A program made the translations under genes and the position numbers. Below are positions 8,629-20,224 of a DNA stretch of 64,000 nucleotides, in pieces. Within the stretch, counting starts at the first letter, position 1; the number at the start of each line of letters is the position of its first letter. The stretch lies in contig CM097885.1 in the NCBI GenBank assembly GCA_044892525.1, forward strand, positions 33,606,001 to 33,670,000. Direction: 5' to 3'. This DNA is from Schmidtea polychroa (lineage: Eukaryota). The notes under the pieces are model-generated. The model saw nothing but the letters and a program-made list of their open reading frames with translations, searched no databases and had not been told where the DNA came from.

Positions 8629-9639
8629 AGTAGGTAGTTAGTAGCTCCCTGGAGCAAGGGGGTCTGCTCCAGTAATTATTTTCTGCTTTTTGATTACGTA
8701 ATTGCTCCAGGGAGCTACGCTTATCCTTTTCAATATAATTAGATAGGCCCTATAGAAAAACGGCCATTGCTCCCTTATTTACATATTTAACCAATAATTT
8801 AATGTAGTGAATGATTAATTGATAGAGAAAAATATTTCATAAAAACTCTCATCTTAAATAGACTTTAAAATTAATTAATAAAAATTTCCATTTAAAATTG
8901 ACTCTGAAAATTATTCCATTTAAATTTCCATTAAAAATTATCTTAAAAAATTATTCCATAAAAATTAACATTAAAAATTTTAATTCTCAAACACCGACTA
9001 TTATTCTAACTTTTTGTTAATAAATTTAAAAATCTTACTTTAATTTAATTATTTAAAAATTATTACTTTAATTTACTTATTTAACTTTAATTTAAAATTT
9101 TTGGCCATTGATTACTTAATTTAAAAATTTAGAACTTAATTTACTTTTATTTTAAATTTTAGACCATAATTTACTTTAATTCAATTTTTAGACCCATAAT
9201 TTATTTATTTGAACCTTAATTTACTTTAATTTTAAATATTAGACCATAATTTACTTTACTTTACTTAATTGAGCCCATTGATTACTTTAATTTAAAATTT
9301 TAGACCATAGTTTACTTTACTTAATTGAGCTCATTAATTACTGTAATTCAAAAATAAAGCCCTTAATTTACCATGCTTTTTTATTGAAGACCATCTTTTT
9401 CTATTGAAAATATCCTGAGACCTTAAATTACCATGCTTTTTTAGTGATAATCGGATTTTGTATTGAAAATCCTAGGACCAAGAAGACCTCCTCACTATAG
9501 TCTAAAAAAATCCTGGCATTTTTTCTATAGGGCCTATCTAATTGTATTGAAAAAAATAAGCGTAGCTCCCTGGATTACTGGAGCAGACCCTTCCCTCCGG
9601 GGGGCCCCCTTTGCTTCAGGCAGCTACTAACTACCTACT
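8629..9639. mobile_element. Non-autonomous Polinton-TIR-derived MITE (family of element D)
   Basis: Ends AGTAGGTAGTTAGTAGCT / AGCTACTAACTACCTACT with a ~130-bp TIR. Flanks ACTATG/ATTATG are a 6-bp TSD with 1 mismatch. The interior is homologous to 46950-48371. Confidence 0.85.
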
Positions 9640-9649
9640 ATTATGGTAT

Positions 9650-10700
9650 TAAGAAATAGGATATTATCTTTGCAACTGGGTAATTCTTGGATAAATCGTT
9701 TATTGAAGTTAGTTGAGTTTGTAAAAAGATCAAATTGAAAAGAGTCGTGAAGACAATCCTATTTCAAAAGAAAAACTTAATTTTCAACTCTTAAATGTTA
9801 ATATAGAAGATAAAGAAAATGGGTAAAAGAATCCATAGGAATTACAGAAATTCAATAAAACACCAAAAGTACTAATTTTCAATCTACAACCTTTATTCTA
9901 CTCTTGAATATTATACTCATTCCATTAGGATAGCAATGTCCTTGGACTTGAGGAGAGAGAAGACGACTAATTGAAGTAATCTATGTGTCAATACACTAAT
10001 TTCATGAAAATTGATAAGCAAGATCAGAACTGGAGTACGAGATTTATTATCAAGCACATTACAGTTGCCTCTTTATCACTTCCCATTAAAGACCCACATA
10101 TTAGTGCCATAAAATTTCACTGGAACATTTTTATAATAATAAATTTATTTTTCCCTTCAGTAAGTGGCATCTTTCTTGTTTTGGGACGAAATAGTTTTAA
10201 GTATTTCATATTCATCTCCTTGTAGAAATTCAATCGGCGGAACATCGTCTGACGTAGGTGGTATTATGTCTTTATTGCCAAATAGTGTATTTTCGTCGAT
10301 TTTTTTCCTACGATAGATACGAATCAACTCCCAAAGCTTGTTCATTGAACGTTCTTAATCTATGTATTCAATTTCATTTTGGGTTTTTTTAATATTAAAT
10401 AAAAAAAACAAAACCTAATGACAATCTTTTATTTTCTTCAGAATTTTCTCAAAAGCACAGTAAGCACTTCTCATTAAGGGATGCTTTACTCCAAGAAAAA
10501 GCGAAAAGATTTGATATATCTCTTACTCTTTTGAATTTCAAAGCAATTTTAAAAGAATAATTAAAAATAATAAAGTCGTAGAGCAATCAACACCGATGAA
10601 ATAGAACGCAAACAAATAATTCTATGACAGACTTTGAATAAATATCTGTTCAGTTAATATGGTAGAATAGAGCTTATAATTCAACACCTCATGTTTTCCT
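9650..10700 (-). pseudogene. Heavily degraded non-LTR retrotransposon RT region
   Basis: Fragments such as DVPPIEFLQGDEYEILK...KDAT and VFY*ISVIPMDSFTH resemble LINE RT N-terminal motifs. Many stops; boundaries approximate. Confidence 0.3.
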
Positions 10701-11162
10701 TCAGAATAAGAAACTTAACACAATATGTTTTAGTTTTATCAAAAAATTCGCAATTGCTCCAAATTTTACTGATAAAATATAAACTTTTTGCTTGATATTA
10801 ATGGCAGGTAAACGACAGGGGAGTGACAAGCTGAACGAATCTGATTTAGTCTATGAAGAAACTTCCTCTTTAATTTTCGCTTTTCTCTTTGACCTTTATG
10901 GCATGCCTCTATAGGGAGTTCTCTTCGATATTCATTTACAAATTAAATTACATCCATCCAAAAGAAGTTAAAAGTTCTAAATAAAATAAAATAATTTTAA
11001 TTAAGCTTGACATTTAGCGTACCTGTCAAGTTCGGGGATTTTGTTGGTTAATTAAATTCTGTTGAACAATTAGCAATATTATACAAACCTTCTGAACACA
11101 AAAATCGCACTAATAAACTCTAATTTTTACAAATTGTTGACAGAATTTTAAATGTTACGTTA

Positions 11163-11274
<112 letters not shown>

Positions 11275-11531
11275 TTATATAACTCGATATATAAAGAAGA
11301 CAAATTTCTCTGAAATTTTATTAAGTTACAGCTGTTAGAATAATTACATATGTTAACATTCTTTATAGAAATTTTCACATTTCTTTCGGAAATTTTCTTT
11401 TTTGGCAATACTTGAAAACAATAATAAGAAAAAGATTTCAACAAAACAATTATCGTACGTTTATAATGATTTAAGTTTTTTATGGAATAAATATATCAGA
11501 AATTCCTCAAACATTATTTCATACAAATCTT

Positions 11532-12614
11532 TTATTGTGATGTTTGCATCAGAAGCAGCTCATGACAGCTTCGTGAAGGGCTGCCTTTTATAATAGTTGT
11601 TTCTATTTTCTTATTTTTATTTCCTTTACTCAAACACGTATTTTGATTACAATAAATGTAGATTAAAACATGCCTAAATTTCCTTCCAATGAAGCAGTAA
11701 AGTAGGAAATTAACTGCTGAATTTAAAACGACAAATAAAGTAGAAATCGTGTAGAAAACATAATATTCCAATGTATGAGGGTAGCCATAATAGTGAGTTA
11801 TAATGTTATCAATCATTGGTAAAAATTGACATATTAAAAACGTAAAAACCACACCAACGATCATTACGTTAAGGTTTGTTTCTTTGCTAGTCTGTATTGT
11901 GACTCTGCGGTTCGGTTGAGAGGATGAAGTCGACAAATTACTATTAATTCCTTTCGTATTATGAAAGTGATTTTTCCATGACTTTTTTATTGTATGTAAT
12001 AAACATGAATTTAGGATTAATAGAACAATAAATGGCAAAATAAACATCACTACAGGATAGAGATATGTGAAATAGATTGTTTTGAATAAAATGTGATCTT
12101 TCAATAAAATTTTTCTTGATGTCATGTTGATACATATTTCAATTTCTACTTGTTCAATCATTCGAGGAATATTGTATATAATAGAGCAGGTAACGATAAT
12201 TATGACAATTCTGACAGATTTTTTTACTGACATGGAAAGATTTTTCAAAGGATACCTAATGACAATAAACCGTTCTATAGTGAATCCGACTATAATATAA
12301 ATCGCTGAGGTCTGTGACACAAGACATAAAGGATATATCAAATAATCGTTTAGCTCCTGCTTTCGGAAATCCGGTTTCAACATTGGAAAGGTGAATGTTA
12401 GGAAAAATCCAATTAAGATCAGGATATCACAAATTGCCAAAGCAATAAGGTAGATTGAAGAATTCAGACGTCTCATTGCGGAATTACCGAGTACGGTTAG
12501 CGTTAAAATGTTTCCAATGAATCCCAGAATGCAAATCAAACATCCCATTATTCCAAAAACTGCAAATTGAAATTTTGCTAAAATCATTTCGTTTGAATCA
12601 GTATAATTTGACAT
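11532..12614 (-). CDS. Rhodopsin-family GPCR, FMRFamide/peptide-receptor-like (host gene, single coding exon)
   Basis: Seven hydrophobic segments with GN (TM1), LAICD (TM2), IERF..IRYP (TM3), NIPR (TM4), ILPF (TM5), FLICQFLP (TM6) and NSAVNFLLYC (TM7). Confidence 0.93.
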   Translation of the reverse strand: MSNYTDSNEMILAKFQFAVFGIMGCLICILGFIGNILTLTVLGNSAMRRLNSSIYLIALAICDILILIGFFLTFTFPMLKPDFRKQELNDYLIYPLCLVSQTSAIYIIVGFTIERFIVIRYPLKNLSMSVKKSVRIVIIIVTCSIIYNIPRMIEQVEIEICINMTSRKILLKDHILFKTIYFTYLYPVVMFILPFIVLLILNSCLLHTIKKSWKNHFHNTKGINSNLSTSSSQPNRRVTIQTSKETNLNVMIVGVVFTFLICQFLPMIDNIITHYYGYPHTLEYYVFYTISTLFVVLNSAVNFLLYCFIGRKFRHVLIYIYCNQNTCLSKGNKNKKIETTIIKGSPSRSCHELLLMQTSQ

Positions 12615-12817
12615 GATTCAGTTGAATTTGGCTTGAAACTGAATTTACACAGTTAAATTAAATTTTAAATTTTAATTTTAATTCTTTTATTTTCATAAAA
12701 AATACTAATATCTCGTTACGGTGCAGCTGTATGAAATATTGAATTTTGAAATAATGAGTTGCTTTAGGCCCTAGAAATGACTACTTTTCCAGGAGGCAAC
12801 AAACAGCACTGTAGCAA

Positions 12818-12819
<2 letters not shown>

Positions 12820-12900
<81 letters not shown>

Positions 12901-12913
12901 ATGTGTGTGTGTG
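12820..12913. repeat. (TA)n-(TG)n compound microsatellite
   Basis: Dinucleotide runs upstream of the GPCR. Confidence 0.97.
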
Positions 12914-13499
12914 TTACATTGAATCCATGGCATTACGTGAAATCGGCAAATAAATACCTAATTCATGAAAAACGCAAGTCCATTGTCGATTTGATATATT
13001 CGTCAATATGTTTTATCCATTAACTATCAAAGTGAACATTGAATAAGAAATTTATTTTGGTATTTTAATATATTTTCATCAATGGTCAATATTTTATATT
13101 AAATATTTTATTTACGATGTATATTAACAATTTTTGTCAAGAAAATTTAAACAATAAATTATTTGTTTAACTGGAAATACAAAGCAAAATACAGGGGAAA
13201 CAATAATATGTACCCCGTAGAATTTTCAGATTTCGCGTATTCGGCAATTTCATAGATTTGCGAATAATAATAAATAATTTTGCAAATAACCTCAGATTTA
13301 AAAAAAAATAATTTTAAAATTCGAATAAACACAATTAATGAAATAAACAATGATAACATAAAAATTCAAACATAGCATAAATCATTCATTGTTTTCCGCG
13401 TTGCATAAATGAATTCTTCGTTTGGACTTTCTACATTTATTATACAATTTCCAAAATGAAACTACTATAAGAAGACAATTTGTACGTCACACTCACGTG

Positions 13500-14775
13500 A
13501 TATTTTGTCATCTTCTTGGGACATAATATGGCAGCCCATTTTCTTCAGCTCTTCATTAGTTAAGGATTCACCGTGTGACTTTAACAAAATTTGAATATCA
13601 TCTACATCAACAAGTTCGATGTCTCAAGAAATGGCTCTAAACCTTATCACTTCGATGATATTTTGAATATAATTTTTTTTATTGATGCAATTTTCAAAGA
13701 TTTCTCTGAGCAACCTTTCCAAATACTCTTTTCATGATTAAATGACTTCATTCAAAGCTTCGTCGATGTTTCTAATAAATTTCGTAAAATTAAATTGTTT
13801 CCATCAAATTGGCGTGGTATTTATATCACCTCCATCAATATCTTTAATGAGATATCACATTATTTTTCTTAAATAATAGGCTTTGAATGATGCTGTTAGG
13901 CCTTGATTTATAGGCTGTAAGATGGAAGTGGTATTTGGAGGTAGTAATACAACTTCAACAAGAAAATTAGTGCACAGTCAAAAGTTTCATAGGATGTCCC
14001 GGCGCGAGGTTCAATTCCAATATTGTCGTAATAATCTTTTTATTATTGGATAGAACTAAGTTTTAAACCTGTCCGGTAAATAAATTTTGTGTCCACCAAA
14101 CCTTTAAAATTATTTCGCCAACAAATTGGTAAATTATTTTTAGAATAACTTTTCACTTGGAGTTTCTGATTGATAAATGAACAATGGTTTCAATTTTAAT
14201 TCTCCGAATACACTTTCGCCGAGAAGAAAAGTAAGGCAATTCTTGACTTCTTTAAATCCAGAATCAGTGTTCCCTTCTATAGCAATAAACGTACGTTTTA
14301 ACATTCTTTTCCAATAAAGTCCCGTCTCATCTATATAAAAATTAAATTTGGTAGATAATTTCCCTTTTGCATAATTTCACAGAACTTCAATTGATATGTT
14401 TCTAACCCGATCAAAAATACCTTCGGTTACTTTAAAAACGTCTTCTTCTCCATGTTGAGATTGTAATTGATCCCAAAGACTAATTGATTTATTCATTATG
14501 ATTTGGGTGCAAAAACCTCATCAAAAAGCTTCGTGAAATTTTCGCTTCTTTCATTGAAGTAAAACTTTCGTCAGCCTTTTTAATTTTGTATATTTTTTAC
14601 ACAATTTATCCCACTGTAGATTCAGACAATTTGAAATTCTTTCCTACAATACATACAATACCTTTCCTATATTTATCACCATTTTCTATCATTCTGATCA
14701 TTTTTAGTTTCTTTTCTAAAGTCACTGAGTTGCGAATTTCCTTAACTGATGTCTTACTTTACCGTTTGATATTTT
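13500..14775 (-). pseudogene. Tigger/pogo transposase remnant
   Basis: Minus-strand fragments SVTLEKKLKMIRMIENG..LSESTVG (CENP-B-type HTH), DETGLYWKRM and LLPPNTTSILQPINQG..FKAYY. The probable far terminus is near 30761-30774, beyond the piggyBac. Confidence 0.8.
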
Positions 14776-16064
14776 AAAAATTATGAAGAAAAAATTTGTC
14801 AATTTAATTTACAAGTTAACACGTTGACTGCCACGGCAATTCTCAGGTTCCGGTCTAAAAAGCCAATTTTGTTTAATCGTATTATATTATTAAAAGGTCT
14901 AAGTATAGTACATAGTTATCATCAAAAACCATAAGAAATGTATTTTTTTTTAAAAAAAAAGGTCTTACGAATTATCTCGTAGTTGGCGTATGTAACAGAA
15001 ATCTGATCACGGAAGCCAACTACGAGTTAATTCGTACACAGACACGCTAAAACCTTTCGCTCCACTAAAGCTGAATCAGAGATATGCGTCCATATTTGGT
15101 CAGTAGTAAATCAGATATTGTCTAGTGCATCACAATTACATCATTCTTGAGACCACTGACTCAAAATGTACTTGAGTGCTACGCTAATCTAAATGATGAT
15201 TCAAATATTGACGAGATTTTTGGCGAGGATGGTAACAACAACAGCGATTATGAACATTCAGAGAATTCAAGTGATAGTGACGATGGAGTCATCTCTAATT
15301 AAAGAGGATGAAGTTGTTGCCGAACCTGATGATAATGACGATGATTCCCAAGTAACAACATCAAATGCGAATGATAACTTGTGGACAGAAATTCAACAAG
15401 AAAATGTTTGTGTGAATTTTTCAGTGAAAAGGCTGGTGGACTTATTTTTTTCGAAAGAGATTTTTGCATTACTGGTCGAAAAAACTAATTTATATGCTGC
15501 GCAAGAAATTGCAAAAGGCAAAGCAATAAAAAGATCTTACAGGGTACCAAAGCCGACAGACGTCAGTGCTGCAGAGATGAAAGTTTTTATGGGACTTTGG
15601 GATTATGTTCTTTTCCATCAATTGAACATTACTGGAGCAGAAACAAGCTATATAATATAATGTTTTGCCGCTCAAATATGAGTCGAAATCGATGTCAGTT
15701 GTTACTTGGTTATTTTCATCTGGTTGATACCTCAATACCACCTGCCGACAGATTATACAAGGTGAGACCAATACTAAATCATTTCAATAATATTATGCGT
15801 GAAAGCTATGTACCAGATAAAAATATTTGTGTTGCCCAATCCATGATGCTGTGGCGTGAAATATGTGAATCCGACAGTCTGGAGTAGATGGATTGGTCAC
15901 CGCTAGATCAGGTCACCGCTAGATCACCTACCCCCCCCCACCCCCCCCCCCCCCCGGCAGGAAAAATTTTTTTAAGATTTTTTTTTCAAGGTCAAATTTT
16001 TAACAAAGACAATGACTCATCAAGGTCATTGAAACAAAGAACTTTTTTTTTTGTTTTAATTATC

Positions 16065-17070
16065 GTGATCTAGCGGTGACCTACCTTTTGACTTCCCAGA
16101 ACTTTTTGAGTTTTCAAAATTATTTAAATATTTATACATCATTTTGAAGGCCAGACGAAAATCTATCTTTTAAGCCATAGAAATAATTTTTATCATCAGT
16201 GGTACAAAAGTTATTAATTTTTTAGTCAGACACTAATTTGGTTAAAATTATTATTATTTTTCAAAAATATTATTAAGTGATCTAGCGGTGACCTACCTTT
16301 TGACTTCCCAGAACTTTTTCAATTTTCAAAATTATTTAAATATTTATACATCATTTTGAAGGCCAGTCGAAAATCTATCTTTTGAGCCATTAAAATAATT
16401 TTTATCATCAGTGGTACAAAAGTTATTAATTTTTTAGTCAGACACTAATTTGGTTAAAATTATTATTATTTTTCAAAAATATTATTAAGTGATCTAGCGG
16501 TGACCAACCTTTTGACTTCCCAGAACTTTTTCAATTTTCAAAATTATTTAAATATTTATACATCATTTTGAAGGCCAGTCGAAAATCTATCTTTTGAGCC
16601 ATTAAAATAATTTTTATCATCAGTGGTACAAAAGTTATTAATTTTTTAATCAGACACTAATTTGGTTAAAATTATTATTATTTTTCAAAATATTATTATT
16701 TTCAAGGTCATATTATTATTAAGTGATCTAGCGGTGACCTACCTTTTGACTTCCCAGAACTTTTTCAATTTTCAAAATTATTTAAATATTTATACATCAT
16801 TTTGAAGGCCAGACGAAAATCTATCTTTTAAGCCATAGAAATAATTTTTATCATTAGTGGTACAAAAGTTATTAATTTTTTAGTCAGACACTAATTTGGT
16901 TAAAATTATTATTATTTTTCAAAAATATTATTAAGTGATCTAGCGGTGACCTACCTTTTGACTTCCCAGAACTTTTTGAGTTTTCAAAATTATTTAAATA
17001 TTTATACATCATTTTGAAGGCCAGACGAAAATCTATCTTTTAAGCCATAGAAATAATTTTTATCATCAGT
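16065..17070 (+). repeat. 212-bp tandem array in left TIR of element C (4 units + partial)
   Basis: Units begin GTGATCTAGCGGTGACC at 16065, 16277, 16489, 16723 and 16935. One unit has a 22-bp insertion. Confidence 0.95.
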
Positions 17071-19955
17071 GATATTTTACCAATAAGAACATTATCGATT
17101 TAAATAGAGATTTCAAACATTTCCGCCTTAACCGATCCCTCACTAAATATTTCTACCCCTTTAAATGCCACCTTTAAAAATCATATATTACCATCTTAAC
17201 TGAACCTTCACTAAATCCAACCTACTTTAATATATCAATTCTCTTAAAATCCATAGAAAATTCTTCAAAATATGAATTTATTTAATTGTTACAGACATCC
17301 TTCCATTGAAATAATTTAGTATCTAAATTCATGTAGTAAGAGCCCACTAAAAGATCAAAATTCACTAAAATCAATATTTTCTACAAATATTTCACCACAT
17401 TTACCATCAAATACCTAACTAGAGATGAAATATATTGATCATAATTCTTCATCGATTCAGCCAATTATATCAATTATATCTTTCAAAATCACAAATTTCA
17501 GTATATTTTACAATAATTTTCAAGTAGATTTCAAATATATCATCATGATAAAATTAGCTGGTTTCAACTTTAGATTTTCAATATTTAAAAGTTCATCAAT
17601 ATTCGTAGAAAATATATGAAAGAATTATTTTGTCAATATCATTACAAAGTCATCATAAAAATTAAATAATAATCACTTGATTATTGTAAAAACTCTAATT
17701 ATTAACCTAACTGTCATTAAAAATAATTTTTATTTAAAATTAAATTTAAAAACAAGTCAATAAAATATAGCAAATTATCAAGAAATTAATTAAATTTGAC
17801 TTAGAATTAACACTAAAACCTTAAATTTTAAAATATTCTTTCAATTACTCACAAAAGGGTTAGTAATAATGTTAGTAAAATCCCGCTAACTCTAAAAAAT
17901 TACCAATGAATTTAATGCTAATTAATAACCTAAAATTTGCCTAAATAAAATCATTAAAACATCCCAGTACCTTTACGACCAGTACCCTTACGAGCAGTAC
18001 CAATTGTGAACAGTACCCATAGAGGGAGAAAATATCTTGTCGGATAAACTCAGAGTATATATAATAAAACGAATTAACAATAACTCCATCAAATTGAATC
18101 AGTCAAATTAACACAAATTTTGATAAAAATCTTATTCCAAAATGGTAAGAAGCGTAAAGTCGAACGATAATTTTAATAACACAGAGATAAAATTAACAAT
18201 ATTATATTCATAAAAATTCATAAAAATGATCACTTTAATAAAAAATATTTAAAAAACAATTTTAAAAGAAATATTTGCCGGGAGGATATAAGTGATAATT
18301 GTATAATTGTAAGTGATAATAATATAAGTGATAGTGGGAAATCGAGAATCGACGGATATAAGTTATGAGGATATATAAATAAGATTATTTCTATTATAGG
18401 AGTTACTAACGAATTAAAATATTTTAATAATGTGATAAACTTTTATTTAATAAAGTATTTAATCCCCAAATGATTATTTTATTACATAAGAAACCGTGAA
18501 TGATATTTGACTGAGTAATTATGATAAATTCATATTTTAAATTTTGATTAAATCCTTTAGTATTAGCAATTTATTATTAAATTTACTATTTGACACTAAA
18601 TATTTCATTTTCAAAAACAAATATTCTAAAAGATAATTTAAGATACATTACTCTTTTCAATGAAAAGGAGCACTCAAAGTTAAAAGGGACACACGAAAAC
18701 TTACTCAAATATAACCGAAAGACATAAAACAACAAAACCAAATTCGATTAAATACTTTATAGCAATTGTTAGTTCTTATAATTTCTAACTTTAATGAAGA
18801 TTCTTACCACCTGAGAATATAATATTGTTAATTTTATCTCTGTTTTATTAAAATTATCGTTCGACTTTACGCTTCTTACCATTTTGGAATAAGATTTTTT
18901 ATCAAAATTTGTGTTAATTTGACTGATTCAATTTGATGGAGTTATTGTTAATTCGTTTTATTATATATACTCTGAGTTTATCCGACAAGATATTTTCTCC
19001 CTCTATGGGTACTGTTCACAATTGGTACTGCTCGTAAGGGTACTGGTCGTAAAGGTACTGGGATGTTTTAATGATTTTATTTAGGCAAATTTTAGGTTAT
19101 TAATTAGCATTAAATTCATTGGTAATTTTTTAGAGTTAGCGGGATTTTACTAACATTATTACTAACCCTTTTGTGAGTAATTGAAAGAATATTTTAAAAT
19201 TTAAGGTTTTAGTGTTAATTCTAAGTCAAATTTAATTAATTTCTTGATAATTTGCTATATTTTATTGACTTGTTTTTAAATTTAATTTTAAATAAAAATT
19301 ATTTTTAATGACAGTTAGGTTAATAATTAGAGTTTTTACAATAATCAAGTGATTATTATTTAATTTTTATGATGACTTTGTAATGATATTGACAAAATAA
19401 TTCTTTCATATATTTTCTACGAATATTGATGAACTTTTAAATATTGAAAATCTAAAGTTGAAACCAGCTAATTTTATCATGATGATATATTTGAAATCTA
19501 CTTGAAAATTATTGTAAAATATACTGAAATTTGTGATTTTGAAAGATATAATTGATATAATTGGCTGAATCGATGAAGAATTATGATCAATATATTTCAT
19601 CTCTAGTTAGGTATTTGATGGTAAATGTGGTGAAATATTTGTAGAAAATATTGATTTTAGTGAATTTTGATCTTTTAGTGGGCTCTTACTACATGAATTT
19701 AGATACTAAATTATTTCAATGGAAGGATGTCTGTAACAATTAAATAAATTCATATTTTGAAGAATTTTCTATGGATTTTAAGAGAATTGATATATTAAAG
19801 TAGGTTGGATTTAGTGAAGGTTCAGTTAAGATGGTAATATATGATTTTTAAAGGTGGCATTTAAAGGGGTAGAAATATTTAGTGAGGGATCGGTTAAGGC
19901 GGAAATGTTTGAAATCTCTATTTAAATCGATAATGTTCTTATTGGTAAAATATCA
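17070..19955. repeat. Giant near-perfect inverted repeat (arms ~1140 bp, spacer ~605 bp)
   Basis: 17070-18209 is the reverse complement of 18815-19955. An identical 64-aa ORF is called on both arms. Confidence 0.95.
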
Positions 19956-20224
19956 AAGGGACATATTCAGTATTTAGCTATGAATTAATAATAGTTCCTG
20001 TGAATTTATATCGTTTTAGAGGTTTATTAGGTTGTGATGAATGTTATGGCACAGTAATTTAGATTTATGTTTTAGAACCAGTTTTTATTAATTATCCACT
20101 GTTTTATTAAGTCGTTTAGGGTTAATGATCAATTTACTTGGTTTTGACAATGAAATATTTGAAATCTTTAGAATTAATTGGGATTGATATCAAAGGTTAT
20201 TGCTTTAAATTATTTTATTTAAGA

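Noticed and set aside
15888..16073. 61-aa ORF mirrored at 29390-29572 (and the 64-aa ORF at 17425/19406)
   Set aside because: The duplication is explained by inverted repeats, the poly-Pro comes from a C-run, and there is no protein motif.
16065..17070. Regularly spaced GTGATCTAGCGGTGACC repeats as a CRISPR-like array
   Set aside because: The intervening sequences are near-identical, not unique spacers. There are no cas genes and the context is eukaryotic.
18800..18885. Possible micro-exon gene (ATG|gtaaga..cag|GTG|gtaaga) on the minus strand
   Set aside because: The splice-like signals are short, I could not find a downstream exon, and the acceptor is absent in the other palindrome arm.
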